From: a virus | Lineage: Duplodnaviria > Caudoviricetes | Strand: one strand, 5' to 3' | DNA length: 64,000 bases | IMG/VR virus record: IMGVR_UViG_3300028833_000098 | Span: 32,001-96,000 of that record | Shown: positions 19,693 through 29,819 of the stretch, one piece after another | Position numbering within the stretch: the stretch's first letter is position 1 | Layout of the letters: each line of letters begins with the position of its first letter | Position numbers and translations under genes: made by a program | The notes under the pieces: generated by a model | Database searches by the model: none | The model's input: the letters and a program-made list of their open reading frames with translations, nothing else | Told to the model about the DNA's origin: nothing

Positions 19693-22600
19693 ATGGCCCG
19701 TAACTTAGTTACACAGACATTAAATATTCTCCAAGGTGGCGTCAAAGAAGCTGGTAAAGATTATTTTTCTAATATGATATCTTTCTACAATGATGCCAAA
19801 AATGTTAAGAATACACTGATAAATTCCGGTACGGATGTATCAGATACGTTTGCTCGTTTAAAGAGAACCAATGTTACTAAAGCTATTTCGGATTGGTTCT
19901 ACCAGGAAGAATCTTCTTCTGAGATGGAGCTCAATGGTAACACAGATGAATTCGATCCCGGATTTAAAGGTTCTGATTCTGATAGTCCAAAATTAGACGG
20001 TGAATCAAGTAAGCCATCTGGTCTTACTGTTGATGCTATGATGAATATCTCCAATAAGCAAACAAATGCTATATTGAAGGTAGGTCGTCGTCAGAACGAA
20101 CAGTCAGTGGCTAACACCGCAGAAATCATTTCTACAATCGATACTCGTTCTGCAGAAATGATTACTTCTTTGAATAATATCAACAAGACACTGTTGGGAA
20201 TCAGTAGCCGTCTTGATAAGATCATCGAATTACAGGCTGTTCCACTCACAGATCAAAAGGAAATTGATAAGGGTGGTCTCTATCAGGATGGTAATCTATC
20301 GCTGATGAGAATCTTTGAAGCTACAAAACAAAATGTTTTGACAACCGGACCAATGTCATTATTGACAACTGGTATCGATATGCTTCGTTCAGGAGCATTG
20401 ACACCAACGGCTCTTGCTGGTATTGGCATCAAAGGCCTTGCTGGTAAGATAAAGGTTAACGGTAAATCATTCGATGATTGGGGTAATGCATTCAATGAGT
20501 TGATTGGAACTGCAACCCAAACGGCAATGAATGAAATGATCAATTCCAATTTCTTCCAAAAATACATTGGTAAGATAACTGGATTTGAAGGTAATAAGGA
20601 TTATGGAACGATAGTCCCAAATCATTATGATAATAAACGTGCCGTGTTTGACGGAATGACAAGACAATCTATTGTCAATGTAATTCCGGAAATGCTTGCT
20701 AAGATCAATGAGTCATTATCAGGTCAATCATATTCACTTGATAGTCGTGGTAAATGGGTAGCTGGTCCTGCGAAGAATGAGTTCAATGAAGTAACGCGTG
20801 CTTCATTTGGTAGCTCTGGTCTCAAGGATAATACTATAAATTCAATTTCCAATGCTGGTGTACAGAGTATTGGAAAGAAGATACCAACGGCTGATATTGA
20901 AAAAGCTGCAAAGGCTCTCACGATGACCATCGTTATGGATCAACACGCTAAGGGTGATCGTGCATTTACAATATCACAACTCAAGGGTGATTTAACAAAC
21001 CAGGTCATTCAGGCATGTGAAGTATTGTCAATGACAGGTGGAGATCCAAAATACTGGGCAAAGGTTTGTAATTCAATCATTATACAACTTTCATCTGGTA
21101 TGATGGATGCTGCAGGTTTTGTTCGTAATGTAAATGACTCTGTTCAAAGGATGATAAATGAAGCTACTCAGTTTGCTCAGTCTGGTAAACAGAATGCTTC
21201 ACAAGCAACAACGTTGTCATTCAATATGGCAGCTAACCAGTTCTTGGAACAATATGCACCTAAGGCAGAAACCGCCAAGATTGCTGAATCACATAACAAG
21301 GGTACTCTTATCGATGGTAAAAACATCAGAGTTGATGAAAGCAATAAGGTTGGTAAATTCTCTGTTAATCAGTACATCGGAGGTATCTTCTATTTACTCA
21401 ATAGAGGTATCAATGTTCGTATTGATAAAGACGGTTCTAAATACGATGGTATTAATCTTGCTGATGTAAAACCTGACTCTGTACCATATGTATCTGATGA
21501 TACGTTTGGCAAGATGGTCAAAGGTATGCTTGCTGGCAATAAAAATGCCGTTAGTGATGCCGTTAAAGAAGAGATGGGTGTTGCTAAGAAGGAAAAAGGA
21601 TTCATCAGTAAGATACTCGATAATCCTGCAATGCTTTTCAATTCATTGACGAATATGTTCACTGGAGGTAGTGTAAATTTCCAGGGATTGAAAGACAAAG
21701 CCAAGAGTATACTTGGTGAAGAAAGATATAATGCCATCGCTGATAAGCTCTCTGGTGTTAAAGATCGCATTACTCATGATGATAGATATATTGCAGCTAA
21801 ACTTGCAGCAGAAGAAACTGTTGAAAAGTTAAAGAACAAGGGCAATGAGTTATATGATAAATTTGGTCATACACGTATTGGAAATAATATGATGTATGCA
21901 AAGGATTCATTAAAACTCAAGGCTGCTGAAGATACCATCAATCATATGAAAATTGATGATGAGATGGATCAAGAAGCTGTGTCAATCGCAAAGTATTATA
22001 CAAGCAGAGGTATGCTTGATGAAGCAGCTTCGGCAGTATCAGGTATAAAGAATGAGAATGTAAAAACTGCATTTTTGAACTTTGTAAGTATTCAGAAGAA
22101 GCGTTTACTTGGCCAACAAGCATTAGCCGAAGGAGAAACTCCTGATATCGGATCAATATTAATTGAAAAAGATATCAAGGAGGGTAAGGATGGCAAGCCA
22201 GGTACAACCAATTCATTGTTATTCAAAATACTTGGTATAGTTGGTAAGATTGGTAAGTTCGTTGGTAATATGGCAACTCGTGGTATTACCAACATCTTCT
22301 ATGGCTTGAAGTCAATGGGTCAAGCTTTGTTCGGTTATGAAGACTTTGATCCTGTTAAAGGTATCAAGTACAAGAACAAAGGTATCTTTAGAAATCTTAC
22401 AACTGAACTTGTCGCAGCTCAATGGAGAACAGCGAAGCATATAGTCAATGGCATCAGTAATCGAGTATTTGGTGAAGGTGATGCCGAATTCGTTGACGGA
22501 AAACTTGTTAATACCAAAAAGAAAACTCTTCATGAAAGATACAATGATAAAATCGACAAACTCGCCAGAACCAAAAATATTGTGGATGAAAACGGTTTTG

Positions 22601-25600
22601 TCATTGACAGTGAAGAGAGTTGGCTGAATAAAACGGCAATAGGTTCCTATAGTCGTGAAGCAAAGTTTGTTGACGGAAAGTTCCAGGGATACGAACTTCG
22701 AAAAGACACTGCCATGACATATGCCGACACGTTGAAACATCCAATTGAGGCTGTTTCCAAGGCTCTTGGAAACTTCAAACAGAATTTGGATTTCGTTGGT
22801 GAGAAAGCTGTTGAAGGAGTAAAGACAGCTATAACCGAAGTATCAGGTTTCCTCAAAAATCTGAAAACAAACATCGGAAAAGCATGGACAGGTTTCAAGA
22901 ATACCAAGGTTGGTAATGCATTAACAAATAACAAAATCACAAGAGGATTCTTCTCTGGATGGAATCAAGCAAAACAGGCTAGACTTGAAAAGCAACAAAA
23001 GAAGAAGAAAGAAGAAGACAGATACGAGCATCCGCTTCAAGCAGAAATCGTTGATAGTATATCTCCTACAGAAGGACAAGCCACAGGCCATAAAAAGAAA
23101 AGCATATTCCATGAGATATATGAAAAGCTCTTCGGAAGTAAAAATGATAGCGTAGTATCTCTGTTGAAGAAACAGGTTGACTTCCAGGAAGAAGAAGCTT
23201 CAGAAAATAAGAATAATACTACCGATGATGAATCTGGTAAGAAAAAGGGAATCATTGAAAGAGGCAAGGATTTCATAGCGTCAGCAAAGGCTAAAGTAAC
23301 AAGCATGTTTTCATCTGAAAAGGACATTTCTCCTGCTGACGGTGCCGTTAGTGGTGGTGGCATGCTCAGCCATATCGGAAACACCTTAGGTAGTATGGCC
23401 AAGATGTTCGGTGGTTTCTTACAGATGTTTGCAGGTGTTGCTGAACTGATTGGTTCGATAGTTATGAGTTTGGAGGGATTCCAAGCATTACGAGATCTTG
23501 TAAAGAGTATTCTCGTTGATGGTTTGAAACCTTTGAACGAAGTATTCTATACAATCATAGATCTGATAAAACCTGTTACAAAGGTATTGACGAAGATAGT
23601 TAAGGTAATCGCTGAAACTATTAGTACAATAGCAAATGCAATTATCGATACAATCTCGCCTATCATAGAAGCATTAGAACCAATATTTGATTCGTTGTTT
23701 AAGATACTATCACCTATTTTGAAAGTAGTTACAGTAATACTTGACGTAGTACTTATGCCTATCAAGATGATACTCGAAGTATGTCAGCCTCTATTTGAAG
23801 GAATTGCATACAGAGTACAAGCTATTTCAGGTATACTTGAAATGGGCGTTGGCTTCTTGATGTCTGGCTTAGGAAAGATAATCACTGGTATCGGATTCGT
23901 TGCAGATCTATTGGGTAAATTCTTACCCGGTGATGACAAGGAAGTTGATGTTACTCTTGGTGAAGTAGGACTAAACATAATGAATGGTGCGGACGAGATG
24001 ATGGATCAAGGTAAGCAAGACTTCCTCGAAGGTATCGAAGGTGCCTGGGGCAAACTTCTTGAATTCTTCACCGGTACACCATACGAAGGCAAGTCCAAAG
24101 AAGTTATTTCAGAAGCATACGGCGTTCCAGCTAAACTCGGCAATGACTTCGGAGCTGGTGATGTTTATACAACAAACAACTATTACGGTTCAGGTAATCC
24201 TATGGATCAACACTCATACGGAAATTTCATGAACATGTCAAATCGTGGTTGTGGACCTGTTGCGCTTGCTGATGCATACGGTCGTCGTTCAGGTAACCAG
24301 GTTAATCCTGCATTACTCACAGGCGTAATGGGTGCAAGTGGAACATATGATCCTAGCAGAGGAACATCGGTTTCTTCGATGATGGCTATGGGTAATGCCA
24401 TGGGAATGGGTATGCGTGCAGGTGGAGTTACTGCAGCTTCATTACAGCAAGCATCTCCTACCAATCCAATCACAATTCTTGGTAGTGGTGCTGGATTCGG
24501 CACACGTAAAGGAAGCAATCACTATGTCAACGTGGTTGGTTCTGATAAGAATGGTGGTACATATGTATCCAATCCATTAACAGGTAGAATCGAAAGACAT
24601 TCAACAGGTAACATCGTTAACAATTCTAAACTCGGTCTATACGGCTCTGGTGACGATAGTGATCTATCAGAGTATGGATTCTCACAGGATGCACAGGATT
24701 CACTCAATCGTCTCAAGGAGATTACCAATAAACTCACTGGTATGTTCCTTGGTGACGATGATAGTACTACTCGTGCTAAGAACAAGAAGGCTGTTGAACA
24801 TATGAAGAACACCCTCAAGAAAGAGGATTACGATGCTGTCGAAACACAGGTTGTTGCTGAACTCAAGAATCGTTATCCAAAATATGAAGACGAAACCGAC
24901 GATGAATATGAGAAACGTATAAGACTGAAACTCGTTACTCCCGAAGGTACTAAGTTACTTGTTAGCTTTGGTTCTGATAAGATGAAGAATACCGTTGAAG
25001 GTAGAATTGCATCACAGAATGAAGGAATCAACTCAATGATGGAGGCTGATAAAGCTTCTCGTGAAGCATTGTCTGCAGCATATGATTCATTTAAATCACA
25101 ACTTGCATCATCGGGTGTTGAATCAGTTACAGGTGCCGAGATGGCAATGTTTGAACCAATCATTCATCTCACTCCAGAGCTTACAAAACAAGAAGCAAAT
25201 GGTAGATACATTTCTTCACCTGTACATGACTTCTTTAATGCAACGAGCGTTGAAGGTAAGGTTGGTGCCAATAGATCCGGTGGTGCAAAGGGTACTGTTT
25301 ATAGTGCTGGCCGTGGTGGTTGGTTCGGTAATTACGGTGGTCCTCAAAACGACGAAGGTGTTGGTTCTACAGGTAAGGTTCATGAAGGTGTACTCCTTCA
25401 TTATCTCAATGACGCTGGTGATGGTAATGCAGTAGCTAGAGCTATAACCGGTGGTACAGTAACATACGTTACAAAGGATAAAGAAGGTGCTGGTAATGGT
25501 CTTGGTAATGCTGTAAAGTGGCGTGACTCTGGTGGTATGTATCACTGGTACATGCATATGGCATCCATCGATAAGGATGTACAGGAAGGTACTAACATCG

Positions 25601-27792
25601 AACCAGGTCAGCTCATAGGTTACTTCGGCAAGTCTGGTCTATCGGATGATTCTGGAAGCAACGTTCTCAGATATGTTGTTACATCTGCAGGTCCTCAGGG
25701 ATCTACCGGTGACCAGGGTTATATAAACCCATTCACATATTGGCAGTTCAGAGCAATGTCAGATGACCTGATTGGTAACTCTGAAAAGGAGAAGATCTAT
25801 AATTATCTCGTTAATCATTTCGGTATGAGTGAAGCTGGTGCAGCAGGTGTTATGGGTGTACTCTCAAATGAAGGTATGCTCGAACCTGAACCATACGCAG
25901 CTCAAATGGAAGGTATTTTCGGTAACAATAAGGCTGAAATGTCCAAGAAATATTCGACACTTGAAGCAATGAATGATTATACCGTCAATACGTTATTCCC
26001 CAACTATGAAAGAAATGGTGTTGGAATAAACAAGGGAGGTTATCTTTCTGACGGTAAATATCTCCCTGGTATCGGCCTTGCACAATGGACAGGTCCTCGT
26101 GCTCGAGCATTATATGACTTTGCTAAATCAAAGGGTATGAACTGGTATGATCTCCAGGCACAGCTTGACTTTATGGAAGCTGAAAAGTCCAGCACATTTA
26201 GTTCATTGATGACAATGCTCGGCAGTAAGACGATAAGTCCTAAACAGGCTGCTGATGCATGGATGACTCAATACGAGGCTGGTGCATCAGGTACTAATCC
26301 ATATGATTCATGGTTAAGTGCAACTCAGATCACTAACCGTGAAAATGCTGCAGAAAATCTTTATCGTGAACTGTATGGTCATGTTGCAAATACTGCCGCT
26401 ACTGCAAAACCAGATGATGACGGTGTCTATAGAGGAAAGTTCATTGCATCTGCAACCAATCCTAATGCATTTTCAGGAGATGGTTATTTCTCTGCAAACG
26501 GCGGAGCAATATTGGCGGATTATGGTAAACCAACAATAACATCAGTAAATATTAACGGAAGCCCATCAGGTAACTCACCACTACATGAGTTCTTTAGTAA
26601 GACCGCCGGTGGTAAGGCAATGAGTGGTGAAGGAAACTGGTACAAACAGCGTAACTCTCCAAATAGTAAAGGTCAGGGTTCTTCTGGTGCTGACCATTAC
26701 GGTATAGATTTCTGGTGGGATTCTAACACAGAAGGTAGAGAACTTCATGCAACAACCGGTGGTGTTGTTGATCAAGTACAAGGTGGCAATGCTTATAACG
26801 GTGGCTGCGGTAATAACATTCGTTGGTTGGATGATTCAGGTTATCTACACTGGTATATGCATATGAAAGATACGCCAAAACTCAGTAGAGGTGCTAAAGT
26901 TTCTCCAGGTCAACTACTTGGATATGTTGGTAATACCGGTGATAGTAGTGGAGCTCATCTGCATTATAGTATCATCGATAATTCCAAATTTAACGGTTAT
27001 TCAAGTTCACCTGGTAATGTGAATCCGTTGTTGTACTTCGGCAATTATGATTCCGCAGGTCCACAGACAAATCCGAATAGTCGTGGTGGTTTGACATTCT
27101 TGTCTGGCGAAACAACACCTACATCTCAGGGATACATTGCGAGCGCAGTAACAAAGATGTTGGAAGCTCGTGATGCTGCAGATCCAGGTTTCGATATATG
27201 GAACGCTGCAAATTATATATCCAATACAGGTGAACCAAGGAATTTGGCATTATCTCAAATAGCATCATACTATAACAACGCAATTAGTACAGCCAATCTG
27301 GCAACAACAACTAGAAACAATCCCGGTTTTATGAGCTTATACGGTCCTAGTCGTTGGGATTTTGATAATGGTAAAACAATGTCAATGACAGATCTCAATG
27401 ATATGCTTGCAGATTATATGTCTGGAAAGAAAAGACCTTTCACAAACTTCTTGTCGGCCCTTAAATCGGCAACAGGTTCAGGTGACATTATGCCTTCTTC
27501 TGACATACCACCAATTGATATTAACAAACTCATGGAAGATTCTTCCAATAATGGTTTCAACGCGATGCAGCAATACGTTAACAAGTACGACATTAAAACT
27601 GATGACTCACACACAACGGACATGTTGGATAAATTGAGTAGTATGACGTTTAATGTCAGAGCTAAACGCGTAGAGGAACTTCTTGAAATATTGATAGCAA
27701 AGGTTGATGGTAACCGCGCTCCAGACGCACCACTTCCTGAGTTATTCGATGAAGGAATTCCCGAAGCTGTTACGAGACTCTCTATGGGTTAA
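19693..27792 (+). CDS. tape measure / tail-associated lysin (C39-like peptidase, two M23 domains, phage tail lysozyme)
   Basis: Helical N-part with amphipathic repeats. GCGPVALA...HYV...SNP is C39-like. AAGVMGVLSNEG...GIGLAQWT is phage lysozyme. HYGID...GAHLHY is M23. Confidence 0.8.
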   Translation: MARNLVTQTLNILQGGVKEAGKDYFSNMISFYNDAKNVKNTLINSGTDVSDTFARLKRTNVTKAISDWFYQEESSSEMELNGNTDEFDPGFKGSDSDSPKLDGESSKPSGLTVDAMMNISNKQTNAILKVGRRQNEQSVANTAEIISTIDTRSAEMITSLNNINKTLLGISSRLDKIIELQAVPLTDQKEIDKGGLYQDGNLSLMRIFEATKQNVLTTGPMSLLTTGIDMLRSGALTPTALAGIGIKGLAGKIKVNGKSFDDWGNAFNELIGTATQTAMNEMINSNFFQKYIGKITGFEGNKDYGTIVPNHYDNKRAVFDGMTRQSIVNVIPEMLAKINESLSGQSYSLDSRGKWVAGPAKNEFNEVTRASFGSSGLKDNTINSISNAGVQSIGKKIPTADIEKAAKALTMTIVMDQHAKGDRAFTISQLKGDLTNQVIQACEVLSMTGGDPKYWAKVCNSIIIQLSSGMMDAAGFVRNVNDSVQRMINEATQFAQSGKQNASQATTLSFNMAANQFLEQYAPKAETAKIAESHNKGTLIDGKNIRVDESNKVGKFSVNQYIGGIFYLLNRGINVRIDKDGSKYDGINLADVKPDSVPYVSDDTFGKMVKGMLAGNKNAVSDAVKEEMGVAKKEKGFISKILDNPAMLFNSLTNMFTGGSVNFQGLKDKAKSILGEERYNAIADKLSGVKDRITHDDRYIAAKLAAEETVEKLKNKGNELYDKFGHTRIGNNMMYAKDSLKLKAAEDTINHMKIDDEMDQEAVSIAKYYTSRGMLDEAASAVSGIKNENVKTAFLNFVSIQKKRLLGQQALAEGETPDIGSILIEKDIKEGKDGKPGTTNSLLFKILGIVGKIGKFVGNMATRGITNIFYGLKSMGQALFGYEDFDPVKGIKYKNKGIFRNLTTELVAAQWRTAKHIVNGISNRVFGEGDAEFVDGKLVNTKKKTLHERYNDKIDKLARTKNIVDENGFVIDSEESWLNKTAIGSYSREAKFVDGKFQGYELRKDTAMTYADTLKHPIEAVSKALGNFKQNLDFVGEKAVEGVKTAITEVSGFLKNLKTNIGKAWTGFKNTKVGNALTNNKITRGFFSGWNQAKQARLEKQQKKKKEEDRYEHPLQAEIVDSISPTEGQATGHKKKSIFHEIYEKLFGSKNDSVVSLLKKQVDFQEEEASENKNNTTDDESGKKKGIIERGKDFIASAKAKVTSMFSSEKDISPADGAVSGGGMLSHIGNTLGSMAKMFGGFLQMFAGVAELIGSIVMSLEGFQALRDLVKSILVDGLKPLNEVFYTIIDLIKPVTKVLTKIVKVIAETISTIANAIIDTISPIIEALEPIFDSLFKILSPILKVVTVILDVVLMPIKMILEVCQPLFEGIAYRVQAISGILEMGVGFLMSGLGKIITGIGFVADLLGKFLPGDDKEVDVTLGEVGLNIMNGADEMMDQGKQDFLEGIEGAWGKLLEFFTGTPYEGKSKEVISEAYGVPAKLGNDFGAGDVYTTNNYYGSGNPMDQHSYGNFMNMSNRGCGPVALADAYGRRSGNQVNPALLTGVMGASGTYDPSRGTSVSSMMAMGNAMGMGMRAGGVTAASLQQASPTNPITILGSGAGFGTRKGSNHYVNVVGSDKNGGTYVSNPLTGRIERHSTGNIVNNSKLGLYGSGDDSDLSEYGFSQDAQDSLNRLKEITNKLTGMFLGDDDSTTRAKNKKAVEHMKNTLKKEDYDAVETQVVAELKNRYPKYEDETDDEYEKRIRLKLVTPEGTKLLVSFGSDKMKNTVEGRIASQNEGINSMMEADKASREALSAAYDSFKSQLASSGVESVTGAEMAMFEPIIHLTPELTKQEANGRYISSPVHDFFNATSVEGKVGANRSGGAKGTVYSAGRGGWFGNYGGPQNDEGVGSTGKVHEGVLLHYLNDAGDGNAVARAITGGTVTYVTKDKEGAGNGLGNAVKWRDSGGMYHWYMHMASIDKDVQEGTNIEPGQLIGYFGKSGLSDDSGSNVLRYVVTSAGPQGSTGDQGYINPFTYWQFRAMSDDLIGNSEKEKIYNYLVNHFGMSEAGAAGVMGVLSNEGMLEPEPYAAQMEGIFGNNKAEMSKKYSTLEAMNDYTVNTLFPNYERNGVGINKGGYLSDGKYLPGIGLAQWTGPRARALYDFAKSKGMNWYDLQAQLDFMEAEKSSTFSSLMTMLGSKTISPKQAADAWMTQYEAGASGTNPYDSWLSATQITNRENAAENLYRELYGHVANTAATAKPDDDGVYRGKFIASATNPNAFSGDGYFSANGGAILADYGKPTITSVNINGSPSGNSPLHEFFSKTAGGKAMSGEGNWYKQRNSPNSKGQGSSGADHYGIDFWWDSNTEGRELHATTGGVVDQVQGGNAYNGGCGNNIRWLDDSGYLHWYMHMKDTPKLSRGAKVSPGQLLGYVGNTGDSSGAHLHYSIIDNSKFNGYSSSPGNVNPLLYFGNYDSAGPQTNPNSRGGLTFLSGETTPTSQGYIASAVTKMLEARDAADPGFDIWNAANYISNTGEPRNLALSQIASYYNNAISTANLATTTRNNPGFMSLYGPSRWDFDNGKTMSMTDLNDMLADYMSGKKRPFTNFLSALKSATGSGDIMPSSDIPPIDINKLMEDSSNNGFNAMQQYVNKYDIKTDDSHTTDMLDKLSSMTFNVRAKRVEELLEILIAKVDGNRAPDAPLPELFDEGIPEAVTRLSMG

Positions 27793-27800
27793 TATAAAAA

Positions 27801-27830
27801 AATATTGCCGGGGATTACCCCGGCAATATT
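27801..27830. terminator. bidirectional terminator
   Basis: AATATTGCCGGGG-atta-CCCCGGCAATATT with A and T tracts on either side, between convergent genes. Confidence 0.8.
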
Positions 27831-27858
27831 TCTATTTTACATTGTCCCGGCATTTAAT

Positions 27859-28059
27859 TTAGTAAAAGTTCCACCCATTGTTTCGGGCCACATTTACTAT
27901 CTCTTGGGCCTCTTCAAGGGTGAAGTATTTTTCCCAACCATACATTTCAGCGATCCAATCGCTTACGACCTGTTCGGGGACCTCGCGGAACTCCTCCCAT
28001 TCGTAAGCGCTCTGGATCATCCTTGCTACCTCGGGGATACTATACAACTTTTCTGACAT
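27859..28059 (-). CDS. small hypothetical protein
   Basis: SD AAGGAGGA, 66 aa. Confidence 0.65.
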   Translation of the reverse strand: MSEKLYSIPEVARMIQSAYEWEEFREVPEQVVSDWIAEMYGWEKYFTLEEAQEIVNVARNNGWNFY

Positions 28060-28068
28060 AATTCCTCC

Positions 28069-28332
28069 TTACCAAGTTCCGTTGACATTTAATCCTATTT
28101 CTGCGGTGTGCTGTGCTGCTATCTCTTCTCGCCAGAACAATGCATCATCTACTAGGTATTTGTACATGTAGGTTTGTGTATAGTGAATCTCATAACATAC
28201 GTCTGGTTCATTCTTAAATATATACCTTATTCTGTCTTTCAATGTGTCAGCCTTCAGCACGTCTTCGGTTCTTCTGATTTTTGATAACTTTTTGTCATAA
28301 AATTCCTGTGGTTTCATATTCACTGTTCTCAT
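28069..28332 (-). CDS. small hypothetical (early) protein
   Basis: ATG at 28332 after GAAAGGAGA. The longer ORF call runs through a terminator. Confidence 0.6.
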   Translation of the reverse strand: MRTVNMKPQEFYDKKLSKIRRTEDVLKADTLKDRIRYIFKNEPDVCYEIHYTQTYMYKYLVDDALFWREEIAAQHTAEIGLNVNGTW

Positions 28333-28390
28333 AATTTTCTCCTTTCTCTCCATTAAGGAGTTTCGTAAATGGTTTATTTTCTTATCATAG

Positions 28391-28403
28391 TAATAATATA
28401 TAT
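28391..28403 (-). promoter_or_regulatory. putative early promoter (TATATTATT)
   Basis: ATATATATTATTA downstream of a terminator and upstream of small genes. The same motif occurs at 29747, 57612 and 59531. Confidence 0.55.
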
Positions 28404-28450
28404 GTAGAACTTTAGAATCCTGAAGGGTAGCATAGAAAAAAAATAACTTA

Positions 28451-28485
28451 TGCATACAGGTGGGGCCAAGCCCCACCCATACACA
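28451..28485 (-). terminator. intrinsic terminator
   Basis: Minus-strand TGTGTATGGGTGGGGC-ttg-GCCCCACCTGTATGCA followed by a T tract. Confidence 0.7.
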
Positions 28486-28542
28486 CAAAATGGAGATAAA
28501 ACTATGGGACCCAACGCACAAAGGTCCTAAGTCGTTAGAGGA

Positions 28543-28968
28543 TTACTTCTTGAAAGCGTCTCTCTTGATCTTGAGCTTGGGCTCTTCATGAGCCTTAGTT
28601 GTCGACTTGTACTCCTTACCCTTATTGGGTCCATCGATTGTAATGATGCCCTTTGAAACCTTCTCAGGTACCTTAACAACCTTGAGAGTTGCAGGAGCTG
28701 TCTTATCGTCAGCTGCAGGAATGTCGAAAGCTCTCTGTTCATCATGCATAAAGCCGGATACGAACTCGGGGATCTGAGTTACGGTGTTTGTGATATCGGG
28801 AGTCATCTCATCAAGAATACCGATCTCATCCTTTGACGGATATCCTGCCTTTGCATAGAACTTCTTTGCATCCTGAACGAATGCATGCTGAAGATTTGCA
28901 GCAGGTGTTGCTGTGCTGTTGCCATAGTTAGCAAAAGCTGCGAATGAAAAGCCTTTAGTAGTTGCCAT
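28543..28968 (-). CDS. HU/IHF-like DNA-binding protein (divergent)
   Basis: C-terminal TLKVVKVPEKVSKG...NKGKEYKSTTKAHEEPKLKIKRDAFK mirrors the HU beta-arm. SD AAGGAGGA and high-expression codons. Confidence 0.5.
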   Translation of the reverse strand: MATTKGFSFAAFANYGNSTATPAANLQHAFVQDAKKFYAKAGYPSKDEIGILDEMTPDITNTVTQIPEFVSGFMHDEQRAFDIPAADDKTAPATLKVVKVPEKVSKGIITIDGPNKGKEYKSTTKAHEEPKLKIKRDAFKK

Positions 28969-29062
28969 TTTAATTTCCTCCTTGGATTTTAATTGTATTT
29001 ATTTCAAGAGATTATATCTCTTGCTACCGATGAAACTATATGTGTTTTTAAAATTAAAAATT

Positions 29063-29254
29063 TTATCCACCAATCAGTCCATCTATTACACCGACAAGTC
29101 CACTGACTTGCTCTTCTGTTAAAGGCTGACGTGTGGTTATATCTATACATGTGAAACCTTTACCAAGAAGATTCAATACCTCTGATGGTGTGGCAGTTGG
29201 TAGTTCACCTACCTTTTTACCACATGCATCAAGTATTACTATAGAATATGTCAT
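29063..29254 (-). CDS. small hypothetical protein
   Basis: ATG after GAAAGGAGA. Confidence 0.6.
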   Translation of the reverse strand: MTYSIVILDACGKKVGELPTATPSEVLNLLGKGFTCIDITTRQPLTEEQVSGLVGVIDGLIGG

Positions 29255-29307
29255 GGTAACAATTTCTCCTTTCGTTGTACTCACATTTCTTTTATTTTGT
29301 TCTCTTT

Positions 29308-29721
29308 TTATTTATATATATCTATGATGGTTTTAATCCATCCATAAGTTATGTCCAAAGGTAACTCAAACGGTATATCACAATCAAGTGACATGATAAT
29401 GTTATTATATGACATTTTGTTCTTGTTACAAACGATGTCATCTATGTATGCTGATAATGTTTCCAAAATGTTATCATCACACGATAGTTTATTATATGTT
29501 ACACAACATGGGTTTGGTTCATATAATATTTTTATCTCATATAGTTCTTCCGTATGAAATATATTTACATATTCATTGTATATTCTATTTGACATATCAA
29601 TGTACAGTTCGTCAATATGTTTTATTATTACATCTTCATCAAAAATGGCTTTTCTGTACATTATATGAAATTGTATGAGTGTGTTTATTATTAGTGGTAA
29701 AGCTTCTTTTATATTTATCAT
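29308..29721 (-). CDS. hypothetical protein
   Basis: ATG after AAAGGAGGTG; very AT-rich. Confidence 0.5.
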   Translation of the reverse strand: MINIKEALPLIINTLIQFHIMYRKAIFDEDVIIKHIDELYIDMSNRIYNEYVNIFHTEELYEIKILYEPNPCCVTYNKLSCDDNILETLSAYIDDIVCNKNKMSYNNIIMSLDCDIPFELPLDITYGWIKTIIDIYK

Positions 29722-29746
29722 ATCAGCATACACCTCCTTTCCGGAG

Positions 29747-29756
29747 AATAATATAT
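29747..29756 (-). promoter_or_regulatory. putative early promoter (TATATTATT)
   Basis: ATATATTATT just downstream of the 29777 terminator. Confidence 0.45.
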
Positions 29757-29776
29757 TTTTGTTAATTATAATTAAA

Positions 29777-29806
29777 TGTATATGCCGGGATATCCCGGCA
29801 TATACA
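29777..29806 (-). terminator. intrinsic terminator hairpin
   Basis: TGTATATGCCGGGA-ta-TCCCGGCATATACA. Confidence 0.75.
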
Positions 29807-29819
29807 AAATAATTATTCA

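Noticed and set aside
28333-28521. N-terminal extension of the 28069..28521 ORF
   Set aside because: Runs through a terminator and promoter; the good SD is at ATG 28332.
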